DNA of 64,000 bases from Solirubrobacterales bacterium (GTDB taxonomy: Bacteria; Actinomycetota; Thermoleophilia; Solirubrobacterales; 70-9): the NCBI GenBank assembly GCA_036406595.1, contig DASXAR010000061.1:2566-66565 (forward strand), given 5' to 3'. Position numbers and translations under genes: made by a program. The notes below the pieces were generated by a model. The model was not told the DNA's origin and ran no database searches. It saw nothing but the letters and a program-made list of their open reading frames with translations. This document shows positions 18,017 to 26,502 of this stretch, piece after piece. The number at the start of each line of letters is the position of its first letter. The stretch's first letter is position 1.

Positions 18017-18658
18017 ATGAGCGGCCGACTGCGCGGGCCCGCGGAGGAGCCGAACCTGGGAGAGCCCGCGGTTCCGCGACCGGCGGCCTCGGTGGTGCTG
18101 CTGCGCCGGGGAGGGAAGCACGGAGATCGGGCGCTCGAGGTGCTGCTCCTGAAGAGAACCGAGAGCGCCAACTTCATGCCGGGCGTGTGGGTCTTCCCGG
18201 GTGGCGCGGTCGACCCCGACGACGGCGAGAGCCTCGCCGGCCACGAAGCCTGCGCGATACGGGAGCTGGAGGAGGAGGCCGGCATCCTCCTCCCGGACGG
18301 GGAGGAGCTGGTCCTCTTCTCGAGGTGGGTGACCCCAGAGGTCGTCTCGCGGCGCTTCGACGCCTGGTTCTTCCTCGCCCTCGCCCCGCCCCATGCGCCG
18401 CCGAAGGCCGACGGCGTCGAGACGGTGGACGCGAACTGGTTCGAGCCGGGCGCCGCGCTCGAGGCCCATGCGGACGGCGGCCTGCCGCTCGCCTTTCCGA
18501 CCGTCAGGCAGCTCGAGTCGCTGCTTCCCTTCGGCAGCTCCGAGGAAGCGATCGAGGCCCACCGCGGACGGGCCGTCGAGCCGATCCTGCCGAAGGTGAT
18601 CGGCACCCCGGACGAGCACCGGGTGGTGCTGCCGGGCGACCCTGACTACCCGGTCTGA
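18017..18658 (+). CDS. NUDIX hydrolase
   Basis: Nudix box GGAVDPDDGESLAGHEACAIRELEEEAGI. Confidence 0.85.
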   Translation: MSGRLRGPAEEPNLGEPAVPRPAASVVLLRRGGKHGDRALEVLLLKRTESANFMPGVWVFPGGAVDPDDGESLAGHEACAIRELEEEAGILLPDGEELVLFSRWVTPEVVSRRFDAWFFLALAPPHAPPKADGVETVDANWFEPGAALEAHADGGLPLAFPTVRQLESLLPFGSSEEAIEAHRGRAVEPILPKVIGTPDEHRVVLPGDPDYPV

Positions 18659-19326
18659 TCGACCGGAAATCGCTCCAGGCCTGCGTGCCAGGGGCCGGGA
18701 GAGTAGGTGTGCACGCCCGACTCCTCCATCTCGCCCTGCAGACGACGGAAGAGACGCCCGGCGTTCTTCAGCGCCTCCTTCAGCTCCTCGCCGCTGCGCT
18801 CGCGCAACCGCCAGAGAAACCAGAGCTGGCGGTCGTTGACACCGAAGTCGATCTCGCCGGTCATCGTCGTCGTCCACTCCAGGAAGCCGGGACTGAAGAG
18901 CTCGCGCAACGCGACCGGGTCGTACTCCCGGGGCACGGTGGCGATGAAGCGTCGGTTGAAGTCGATCGACTCGAACTCGACCTTGCGGGCGAAGCGCTGG
19001 GTGACGATCTCGTGCCCCTCGATCGACTCGACGTTGAAGGCCGGGACCACATCGGCCAGGTCGGGCATGTGGGCCTTGGCGAGGATCGACGTGGGCAGCA
19101 CCGCCTTCGAGAAGAAGCCTCCCTCCTCGCGTTCGTCGGCGTCGCAGCTGGCGCCCCAGAATCCTTCGGCCAGCTGACCCGTGAGGCGATTGACGCCGCC
19201 GACGCAGAGCGCGACCGGTCCGTCCTTGGGATTGATTCCCCCGATCGGCTCGTAGGCGAGCTCGTTCCGCTCCCCGTAGGCCCTCACGACGTCGGCCCAT
19301 TCCTGCGCTTCCTGCTTCGCGCCCAC
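18646..19326 (-). CDS. hypothetical protein, tentatively DUF3137-like
   Basis: 226 aa. VEFESIDFNRRFIATV...LFSPGFLEW recalls the DUF3137 core often found next to LemA (identified from memory only). GTG start. Confidence 0.5.
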   Translation of the reverse strand: MGAKQEAQEWADVVRAYGERNELAYEPIGGINPKDGPVALCVGGVNRLTGQLAEGFWGASCDADEREEGGFFSKAVLPTSILAKAHMPDLADVVPAFNVESIEGHEIVTQRFARKVEFESIDFNRRFIATVPREYDPVALRELFSPGFLEWTTTMTGEIDFGVNDRQLWFLWRLRERSGEELKEALKNAGRLFRRLQGEMEESGVHTYSPGPWHAGLERFPVDQTG

Positions 19327-19337
19327 GGGCCGATCCT

Positions 19338-19379
19338 AGAGGCTTGAATGCGAGCTACCTACGCTCACATCAAGCCTCT
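19338..19379. promoter_or_regulatory. 10-bp perfect inverted repeat AGAGGCTTGA-N22-TCAAGCCTCT between the divergent hypothetical gene and lemA
   Basis: Read directly from the sequence; it fills most of the 64-bp divergent spacer. Confidence 0.45.
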
Positions 19380-19390
19380 ATGGGGGTAGG

Positions 19391-19963
19391 ATGCGGCGCA
19401 TGGCCGTCGTCATCATCGTCATCGTCGCGATCGTCGTCATCGCGGTCCTCTACTACATCGGGAAGCGCAACTCGATCATCGCCTCGCGCAACCGGGTCGA
19501 CGAGTCCTGGAGCGGAATCGACGTTCAGCTGAAGCGGCGGCACGACCTCGTCCCCAACCTCGTCGAGACAGTCAAAGGCTATGCGGCGCACGAGAGCCAG
19601 GTGTTCGAGAAGACGACCAAAGCGCGCGCCGAGGCGATGTCCGCCCAGGGCGTCGGCGACACCGCGAAAGCCGAGCAGAAACTGACCGGAGCGCTGACCG
19701 ACCTGCGAGCCGTCGCCGAGAACTACCCACAGCTGCGGGCGACCGAAAACTTCCAGCAGCTGAGCCGCAACCTCTCCGAGCTGGAGGATGAAATCCAGGC
19801 CTCGCGCCGGATCTACAACTCCAACGTGCAGTCCTACAACACGTCGATCCAGCAGTTCCCGGGGTCGATCATCGCCAACCAGGGCGGCTTCACGCCGCGC
19901 GAGTACTTCGAGATCGAGGACGCGTCGGAGCGGGAACCGGTCTCGGTCAGCTTCGACAGCTGA
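19391..19963 (+). CDS. lemA: LemA family protein
   Basis: N-terminal TM helix plus [13 protein letters not shown]...[12 protein letters not shown] LemA motifs. Confidence 0.9.
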   Translation: MRRMAVVIIVIVAIVVIAVLYYIGKRNSIIASRNRVDESWSGIDVQLKRRHDLVPNLVETVKGYAAHESQVFEKTTKARAEAMSAQGVGDTAKAEQKLTGALTDLRAVAENYPQLRATENFQQLSRNLSELEDEIQASRRIYNSNVQSYNTSIQQFPGSIIANQGGFTPREYFEIEDASEREPVSVSFDS

Positions 19964-19982
19964 GTCCCCTAAGCTTGCTTCC

Positions 19983-20174
19983 ATGACGGTCACCAAGGAA
20001 GCGACGCTCTGGATCTGCGAAAGCTGCGGCTTCATCTACGACCCCGAGATCGGCGATCCGGACGGCGGAATCCCTCCGGGCACGCGTTTCGAGGACATCC
20101 CCAAGGACTGGTTCTGCCCGGTCTGCGGCGCCCGGACCAGCGACTTCCGCCCGTTGGAGCCAGGAGAGGCGTAG
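19983..20174 (+). CDS. rubredoxin
   Basis: [11 protein letters not shown]...WFCPVCG, two CxxC pairs. Internal ATG 19983 of the 128-aa track ORF. Confidence 0.85.
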   Translation: MTVTKEATLWICESCGFIYDPEIGDPDGGIPPGTRFEDIPKDWFCPVCGARTSDFRPLEPGEA

Positions 20175-20225
20175 GACTCTCGGCTCACCCGCCCGCGGCG
20201 GACGCGGGAGCGAGCGAGATCGCCG

Positions 20226-21914
20226 GTGATCATGAGCGCGAGCGAGCGGGAGCAGAGCACGCGGGCGGAATTTGATGTTGACTGGATCGTCGTTGGCTCG
20301 GGCTTCGGCGGGTCCGTCGCTGCGCTGAGGCTCGCGGAGAAGGGCTATTCGGTGACCGTGCTCGAGTGCGGCAGCCGCTTCCGCGACGAGGACTTCGCCG
20401 AGAACACGCTGCGCCAGCCGCGCCGCTATTTCTGGGCGCCGCGCCTGGGCATGAGGGGAGTCCTCCGCCTCACCTTCTTCAAGGACCTCTTCGTCGTCTC
20501 GGGCAGCGGCGTCGGCGGCGGCAGCCTCGGCTACGCGAACACCCTCTACCGGGCGCGGCCGAGCTTCTTCCGAGACCCCCAGTGGGCGGAGCTGGGCGAC
20601 TGGGAGAGCGAGTTGGCGCCGCACTATGAGACGGCCGAAAGGATGCTCGGCGTGGTCGAGTACCAGGGGATGGGGCCCGCCGACAGGCTGCTGAAGGAAT
20701 ACGGCGAGGAGATAGGCGTCGGCGACACCTTCACCAACACACGCGTCGGCGTCTTCTTCGGCGAGGCCGGCAAGGAGGTGCCCGACCCCTACTTCGAAGG
20801 CGAGGGGCCGGAACGCACCGGCTGCCTACGCTGCGGCAGCTGCATGGTGGGCTGCCGCCACGGCGCCAAGAACACTCTGGTCAAGAACTACCTCTGGTTC
20901 GCCGAGAGGCTCGGGGTCAGGATCGAGCCGGAAAGGCAGGTCACCGAGATCCGCCCGCTCGGCGCCGGCGACGGGTCCGGTGGCTATGAGGTGTGGAGCG
21001 AGCGCTCCGGCTCATGGCTCCGCAAGAGGCGGCGCCGGCTTACCGCGCGCGGGGTGGTGATCGCCGCCGGCGCGCTCGGGACCAACAACCTGCTCGCCAA
21101 CTGCCACCACAGCGGCGCCCTTCCCCGCCTCTCGAAGCGGATAGGCGACGTGATCAGGACCAACTCGGAGTCGATCCAGTCGGTGACGGCGCTCGACGAC
21201 GAGCGCGACTTCAGCCGCTCCGTCGCGATCACGTCGAGCATCTACCCGGACCCCGACACCCACATCGAGGTGGTCACCTACGGCGAGGCCGGCGATGCGA
21301 TGAGCGGCACCTTCACCGCGATGGCCGGCCCGGGAACGCGACTGACGCGTCCGCTCAAGTGGCTCGCCGCGATCCTGCGCCACCCGCTGCAGGCGCTCCG
21401 CATGCGGATTCCCTACCGCTGGTCGCGCCGAACCGTGATCCTGCTCGTGATGCAGACCGTCGACGCGGCCATGCACCTGCGGCCGAAGCGCAGGCTCCTC
21501 CGGCGCGGAGTGCGGCTTCAGACAGAGCAGGACCCCGAGCGGCCGAACCCGATCTACCTGCCGGCCGCCGCCCAGGCGGCGCACTGGTTCGCGCGGCGGA
21601 TCGGGGGGATCGCGCAGAGCGCCCTCACCGAGTCGATCCAGAACGTGCCCACCACTGCGCACATCCTCGGCGGTGCCGTGATCGGCGCCGGGCCGGAGAG
21701 CGGCGTCGTCGACTCGGCGAACCGGGTGTTCGGCTACGAGAACCTGTTGGTCACCGACGGCGCCTCGATCCCCGCCAACCCCGGCGTCAACCCGAGCCTG
21801 ACGATCACCGCCAAGGCCGAGCACGCGATGAGCCTCCTCCCGGCCAAGGAGGGAGCGGAGCCGCGCGACCTCCCCCCGGCCGCGCGACCCGCGAGGTCGG
21901 CGCAGGCCGCCTGA
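20226..21914 (+). CDS. GMC-family FAD oxidoreductase (ChoD/cholesterol-oxidase-like)
   Basis: VGSGFGGSVAALRLAEKGYSVTVLE Rossmann motif. Overall similarity to actinobacterial ChoD as I remember it. Confidence 0.8.
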   Translation: MIMSASEREQSTRAEFDVDWIVVGSGFGGSVAALRLAEKGYSVTVLECGSRFRDEDFAENTLRQPRRYFWAPRLGMRGVLRLTFFKDLFVVSGSGVGGGSLGYANTLYRARPSFFRDPQWAELGDWESELAPHYETAERMLGVVEYQGMGPADRLLKEYGEEIGVGDTFTNTRVGVFFGEAGKEVPDPYFEGEGPERTGCLRCGSCMVGCRHGAKNTLVKNYLWFAERLGVRIEPERQVTEIRPLGAGDGSGGYEVWSERSGSWLRKRRRRLTARGVVIAAGALGTNNLLANCHHSGALPRLSKRIGDVIRTNSESIQSVTALDDERDFSRSVAITSSIYPDPDTHIEVVTYGEAGDAMSGTFTAMAGPGTRLTRPLKWLAAILRHPLQALRMRIPYRWSRRTVILLVMQTVDAAMHLRPKRRLLRRGVRLQTEQDPERPNPIYLPAAAQAAHWFARRIGGIAQSALTESIQNVPTTAHILGGAVIGAGPESGVVDSANRVFGYENLLVTDGASIPANPGVNPSLTITAKAEHAMSLLPAKEGAEPRDLPPAARPARSAQAA

Positions 21915-21919
21915 ACCGC

Positions 21920-22519
21920 CTAGCCGGCGAAGCGCTCCGCGACGTAGTCCCAGTTGACCACGTTCCAGAAGGCGTCGATGTATTCGGGGCGCTTGTTCTG
22001 GTACTTGAGGTAATAGGCGTGCTCCCAGACGTCGCAGCCGAGCAGCGGCACCTGGCCGTCGCTTACCGGCGAGTCCTGGTTCGCCGTCGAGACCACGGCG
22101 AGGCCGGAGTCGTCCTTGACCAGCCAGGCCCAGCCGGAGCCGAAGCGGGCGATCCCGGCTTCTTTGAACTCCTCCTTGAAGGAGTCGAACGAACCGAATT
22201 TCTCGCCGATGGCGGAGGCGAGGTCGCCGCTCGGCTCACCGCCGCCGTCGGGGCTGAGCATCTGCCAGAAGAGTGTGTGGTTGTAGTGGCCGCCGCCGTT
22301 GTTGCGGACCGGCCCCTGCTTGTCGCCTGGCAGGCTGTCGAGATTCCGCAGCACGTCCTCGACGTCGCGGTCGGCCCACTCGGTCCCCTCGAGCGCCGCG
22401 TTGGCTTTGTCCACGTAGGCCTGGTGGTGCTTGTCATGGTGGACCCGCATCGTCGCCTCGTCGATGTGGGGCTCGAGCGCGTCGTAGGAGTAGGGAAGGT
22501 CGGGAACCGAGTAGGCCAT
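21920..22519 (-). CDS. sodA: Fe/Mn superoxide dismutase
   Basis: [13 protein letters not shown]...HHDKHH...DVWEHAYYL. Confidence 0.95.
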   Translation of the reverse strand: MAYSVPDLPYSYDALEPHIDEATMRVHHDKHHQAYVDKANAALEGTEWADRDVEDVLRNLDSLPGDKQGPVRNNGGGHYNHTLFWQMLSPDGGGEPSGDLASAIGEKFGSFDSFKEEFKEAGIARFGSGWAWLVKDDSGLAVVSTANQDSPVSDGQVPLLGCDVWEHAYYLKYQNKRPEYIDAFWNVVNWDYVAERFAG

Positions 22520-22572
22520 CTGATTGCTCCTTCGTTCGATTGGAAGTCCGGCGGGAGCCTATCCACTGGCCG

Positions 22573-22599
22573 CTACCCAGGAGAGGACCCGATTGAACC
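22573..22599 (-). promoter_or_regulatory. near-consensus GGTTC-N16-GGGTAG for sodA
   Basis: Plus strand shows CTACCC 22573-22578 and GAACC 22595-22599. About 48-nt leader with a GAAGGAG SD. Confidence 0.45.
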
Positions 22600-22616
22600 T
22601 CTCATCCGGAGGGTAG
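22590..22616 (+). promoter_or_regulatory. near-consensus CGATT-N16-GGGTAG for the MFS gene, interdigitated with the sodA promoter
   Basis: GGGTAG 22611-22616. ATG 22629 is 12 nt downstream. Confidence 0.35.
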
Positions 22617-22628
22617 AGACGCCCTGCC

Positions 22629-24506
22629 ATGAACGATCAAACCGCTCAGACCGCGACGATCGAGACGCGGATACCCGCCCGCCTCGATCGACTTCCCTGG
22701 TCGAAGTTCCACTGGCTCGTCGTGATCGGCCTGGGGACGGTATGGATCCTCGACGGGCTCGAGGTGACGATCGTCGGCAGCATCGGCGATCGCCTCACCG
22801 AAAACGGCAGCGGGATCACGCTCGACCCCAGCCAGATCGGCACCGCGGCGGCCTTCTACGTCGCCGGGGCCTGTGTCGGCGCCCTCTTCTTCGGCCAGCT
22901 CACCGACCGCTTCGGGCGCAAGAAGCTCTTCCTGGTCACGCTGGGCGTCTACATCGCCGCGACCGTCGCCACCGCCTTCTCCTTCGCCGCCTGGTACTTC
23001 TACGCTGCCCGCTTCTTCACCGGATCGGGGATCGGTGGCGAGTACGCGGCGATCAACTCGGCGATCGACGAGCTGATCCCGGCCCGGGTCAGGGGCCGCG
23101 TCGACCTGATGATCAACGGCAGCTACTGGCTCGGTGCCGCGGGTGGGGCGCTGGCCGCGGTGGCCTTCCTCGACACCGCCCTGTTCGCCGCCGACGTCGG
23201 CTGGCGCCTCGCCTTCGGGCTCGGGGCACTGCTCGGCCTCGGCATCCTCTTCGTGCGCCGCAGCGTCCCGGAGAGCCCCCGCTGGCTCTTCATCCACGGC
23301 CGTGAGGAGGAGGCCGAGGGGATAGTCGGCGACATCGAGCGGGGCGTGGAGCGGGACACCGGCGAGTCCCTCTCGGAGCCCGACGAGAGCATCGAAGTCG
23401 TACAGCGCAGGCGCATCCCGTTCCGCGAGATCGCCAAGACCGCCTTCTCGAGATATCCCCGGCGGACCGTCCTCGGCCTGGCCCTTTTCGTCGGCCAGGC
23501 ATTCATGTACAACGCGGTCACCTTCGACCTCGGGACGCTGCTCGGGGAATTCTTCGAAGTAGCCTCCGGGACGATCCCGATCTACATCGCGATCTTCGCG
23601 ATCTCGAATTTCCTCGGCCCCTTCACGCTGGGCAGGCTCTTCGACACCGTGGGCCGCAAGCCGATGATCGCCGGCACCTATCTCGTCTCTGCGGCCCTCA
23701 CCGTGGTGCTCGGATTCCTACTGCTCGGCAACAGCCTCGGAACCTGGGGCTTCATGGCGTTCGTGCTGGCGATCTTCTTCGTCGCCTCCGCGGGGGCGAG
23801 CTCCGCCTATCTGACGGTCAGCGAGATCTTCCCGATGGAGACGCGGGCGCTCTCGATCGCATTCTTCTATGCGGTCGGCACGGCGGCGGGGGGTATCACC
23901 GGGCCGCTTCTCTTCGGCCATCTGATCGCCAGCGGCAGCCAGGATCAGGTTGCGATCGGCTTCTTCGTCGGCGCCGGGGTGATGGCGATCGGCGGCATCG
24001 CCGAGATCCTCTTCGGCGTCCGTGCGGAGCAGGAGAGTCTGGAGGACGTAGCCAAACCGCTCACCGCGGAGGAGGCGGAGCGGGCAGAGGAGCCGGAAAG
24101 GGCCGAGGAGTCCGAGGAGGCGGTCGAGCTGCGCCGGCGCCGGCAGGGATGGCGCGAGGCGGCGGAGGCGCACCGCCGGCGGGAACGCACCGGGCTCAGG
24201 CGCTACCGCCCGGGGCCCGGCCGGTTCGCGTCTTCGCCTGGAATGCTTCTGACGACGCCCGACGAGCCCGGCCTGGATCACGAGATCGAGATCATCGAAC
24301 GGGCACTGGGGGAGCACGGCTCCGCCAGCCGCCGGGAGCTTTACCGCCGGGTCGGCGGCCGCTACTGGGGGCCCGGGCGCTTCGGGGCGGCGCTGCGCGA
24401 GGCCGTCGCGGAAGGGCGCGCTCGACGGCTCCGCCGCGATCAGTACGCCCCGGTCGGCGAGGGGCCGGGAGGTTCGGCCGACTCCGGTGACGGGGCCGCG
24501 GCCTAG
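22629..24506 (+). CDS. MFS transporter (metabolite/sugar porter type) with about 165-aa cytoplasmic C-terminal extension
   Basis: 12-TM core (GQLTDRFGRKKLF motif), followed by an acidic linker and an Arg-rich, winged-helix-like tail. Confidence 0.8.
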   Translation: MNDQTAQTATIETRIPARLDRLPWSKFHWLVVIGLGTVWILDGLEVTIVGSIGDRLTENGSGITLDPSQIGTAAAFYVAGACVGALFFGQLTDRFGRKKLFLVTLGVYIAATVATAFSFAAWYFYAARFFTGSGIGGEYAAINSAIDELIPARVRGRVDLMINGSYWLGAAGGALAAVAFLDTALFAADVGWRLAFGLGALLGLGILFVRRSVPESPRWLFIHGREEEAEGIVGDIERGVERDTGESLSEPDESIEVVQRRRIPFREIAKTAFSRYPRRTVLGLALFVGQAFMYNAVTFDLGTLLGEFFEVASGTIPIYIAIFAISNFLGPFTLGRLFDTVGRKPMIAGTYLVSAALTVVLGFLLLGNSLGTWGFMAFVLAIFFVASAGASSAYLTVSEIFPMETRALSIAFFYAVGTAAGGITGPLLFGHLIASGSQDQVAIGFFVGAGVMAIGGIAEILFGVRAEQESLEDVAKPLTAEEAERAEEPERAEESEEAVELRRRRQGWREAAEAHRRRERTGLRRYRPGPGRFASSPGMLLTTPDEPGLDHEIEIIERALGEHGSASRRELYRRVGGRYWGPGRFGAALREAVAEGRARRLRRDQYAPVGEGPGGSADSGDGAAA

Positions 24507-26332
24507 GGTTCGGCGACGGCCTTCCCGGCCAGCGCAACCGCAGCCTCTACATGCGACAGATGGGTGAGCGCGAGGGGGAAGTTGCCGAGCATGCGACCCT
24601 GATCCGGGTCGTACTCCTCCGAGAAGAGCCCAAGCGGGCTGGCGATCGCCTCGGCCGCGTCGAACGCGGCCCGCGCCTCCTCCTCCCTCCCCTGCCGGGC
24701 GAGGCAGGTCGCGAGCCAGAATGAGCAGGCGAGGAATGCGCCCTCCTCGGGCATCCCATCGTCAGCGTCGTAACGCCGCAGCAGCCCACCCAGCTCGAGT
24801 CCGTCGCGGATCGCCTCGGTGGTCCGCAGCATCCGCTCGTCGTCCCACTCCAGGAAGCCGACCACCGGCAGCCGCAACAGGGCGGCGTCCAGGTCCGTGT
24901 GGTCGAAGTCCATGACGAAGATTTCCCTCTCCTCGTCGTAGCCGCGCTTCTCGATCGCGGCTCGCACCTCCTCGCGAGCCCGGCGCCAGCGATCCGGTAT
25001 CTCCTTGCCGCAATCCTCGCCAAGCCGGATCCCCCTGTCCATCGCCGCCCAGGTGAGCGCCTTCGAGTGCACGAAGTGGCGCGGCTCGCCCCGCCACTCC
25101 CAGATGCCCCGGTCGCGCTCCTGCCAGTGCTCGATCGCGGCGTCGACCAGCTCGGCGACGAACAGCCAGTAATCGTGATCCGGTGAGTTGCCGCGGCGAT
25201 GCCAGCGCCAGCTCTGGTCGACGAGATGCCCGAAGGCATCGAGCTGAAGCTGGGTGGAGGCCTGGTTGCCGACGCGGATCGGCTTCGCCCCTCGCCAGCC
25301 CTCGAGCCCGTCGAGCTCCTGCTCGCCGAGGCGACGCTCCCCCCCGACGCCGAAGAGGATCTGCAGGTCCTTCGCGTTGCCCGCCGCGCTGCGCTCGATG
25401 AAACTGCGGAAGTCGTCGGCGTCGCGATCGCAGCCCAGCTCGGCGAGCGAGCGCACGGTGAGTGCCGAATCCCTGACCCAGCTGTAGCGGTAATCCCAGT
25501 TGCGCTCGCCGCTCAGGTTGCGCGCCTCGGGCAGCGAGGTGGTGGCGGCGGCTGCGATCGCGCCGGTGGGCTCATAGGAGAGGGCCTTCAGGGTGAGAGC
25601 CGAACGGCTGACGGCGGGAAATCCGTCCGTCACCTCCGCGTCGATGCAGGAGGCCCACTCCTGCCACCACTCGATCGCCGCATCGAGGTCCTCCTCGCAG
25701 GCGGCTCGATCGAGAGGCTCGAAGCCATCGAGCGAATCGAGCTCGACCGGCCGCCGGTACCCGATCTCGAGCACCGCCCGGTCGCCCTCCTTCAGCGCGG
25801 CCGAGCAGACGAGCCGGTGCCGCCCCTCGAACTCGAAATCCAGCCCGCTGCGGATCAGCAGGCCGTCGTCGCCGCCGATCGCGGCCCAGACACCGTCGCC
25901 CCCGCGCAGCCAGGGGGCCACGGACCCGTAGTCGAAGCGCGGGGCGACGCAGACGCGGGGCTCGATGCTCCCGCCGACGCAGTCGAGGATGCGCACGATC
26001 CTCGGCCCTTTCCCGCCGGGGCGGGTGAAGAAGTCGATCAGCCGCGCCTCCCCGTCGGACGACCGCAGGCGCGTCTCCAAGACCATGCTCCTGTCGAGAT
26101 ACCGCTGCTCCCCATCCTCCCCGAGCGCGATCGAGCAGTGACCACCGCACTCGCGATCGAGCAGCCGAGCGAACAGCGCACCGGAGTCGAAGCGGGGCAT
26201 ACAGCACCAGTCGATCGAGCCCCCCCGCGAGACGAGGGCGGCGCTGCGACGATCCCCAATCAGCCCATAGTCCTCCAGCGGGGAGTACGATTGTCCTGAA
26301 TCGCCGGGCTGATCACCCGCAGCGGATCCCAC
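24503..26332 (-). CDS. glycoside hydrolase family 15 (glucoamylase/trehalase-like)
   Basis: YSPLEDYGLIGDRRSAALVSRGGSIDWCCMPRFDS N-terminus and (alpha/alpha)6 catalytic-region motifs. GTG start lies 9 nt after GGGTAG. Confidence 0.85.
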   Translation of the reverse strand: MGSAAGDQPGDSGQSYSPLEDYGLIGDRRSAALVSRGGSIDWCCMPRFDSGALFARLLDRECGGHCSIALGEDGEQRYLDRSMVLETRLRSSDGEARLIDFFTRPGGKGPRIVRILDCVGGSIEPRVCVAPRFDYGSVAPWLRGGDGVWAAIGGDDGLLIRSGLDFEFEGRHRLVCSAALKEGDRAVLEIGYRRPVELDSLDGFEPLDRAACEEDLDAAIEWWQEWASCIDAEVTDGFPAVSRSALTLKALSYEPTGAIAAAATTSLPEARNLSGERNWDYRYSWVRDSALTVRSLAELGCDRDADDFRSFIERSAAGNAKDLQILFGVGGERRLGEQELDGLEGWRGAKPIRVGNQASTQLQLDAFGHLVDQSWRWHRRGNSPDHDYWLFVAELVDAAIEHWQERDRGIWEWRGEPRHFVHSKALTWAAMDRGIRLGEDCGKEIPDRWRRAREEVRAAIEKRGYDEEREIFVMDFDHTDLDAALLRLPVVGFLEWDDERMLRTTEAIRDGLELGGLLRRYDADDGMPEEGAFLACSFWLATCLARQGREEEARAAFDAAEAIASPLGLFSEEYDPDQGRMLGNFPLALTHLSHVEAAVALAGKAVAEP

Positions 26333-26341
26333 GGCCCGGCT

Positions 26342-26369
26342 CTACCCCGGCCCCGGCCGGCGGCAAACC
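26342..26369 (-). promoter_or_regulatory. SigB/F-type promoter GGTTT-N17-GGGTAG for GH15 (leaderless)
   Basis: Plus strand shows CTACCC 26342-26347 and AAACC 26365-26369. GTG 26332 is 9 nt after GGGTAG. Confidence 0.6.
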
Positions 26370-26370
26370 A

Positions 26371-26397
26371 GTTTTGCTCCCGGTCCGCGGTGGGTAG
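26371..26397 (+). promoter_or_regulatory. SigB/F-type promoter GTTT-N17-GGGTAG upstream of the sigma gene (autoregulatory candidate)
   Basis: GTTT 26371-26374 and GGGTAG 26392-26397. About 105-nt leader to ATG 26503. Confidence 0.6.
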
Positions 26398-26457
26398 CCA
26401 GACACTCAGCAAAGCGAGACTTACAAAATGCCGTACGGCCCGTTTAAGGCTCGAGGG

Positions 26458-26484
26458 CGGTACCGGATGTGGACCTCGGTACCG
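26458..26484 (+). promoter_or_regulatory. leader hairpin formed by two self-complementary CGGTACCG octamers in the sigma-gene 5' UTR
   Basis: Octamers at 26458-26465 and 26477-26484, separated by an 11-nt loop. Confidence 0.35.
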
Positions 26485-26502
26485 TCGCGGCGTTGAATCC
26501 AG

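Noticed and set aside
17114-19300. 728-aa minus-strand ORF
   Set aside because: Antisense shadow across the NTase, Nudix and hypothetical genes. Composition is dominated by Arg, Gly and Pro with no recognisable motifs. This is typical of high-GC genomes.
19384-19389. GGGTAG immediately upstream of lemA
   Set aside because: It lies only 1 nt from the ATG and has no GTTT at 15-17 nt. More likely part of the ribosome-binding site than a -10 element.
19723-19750. CTACCC...AAAC inside lemA (minus strand)
   Set aside because: The spacer is 18 nt, the site is inside coding sequence ([10 protein letters not shown]) and it is antisense with no downstream gene. Counted as background.
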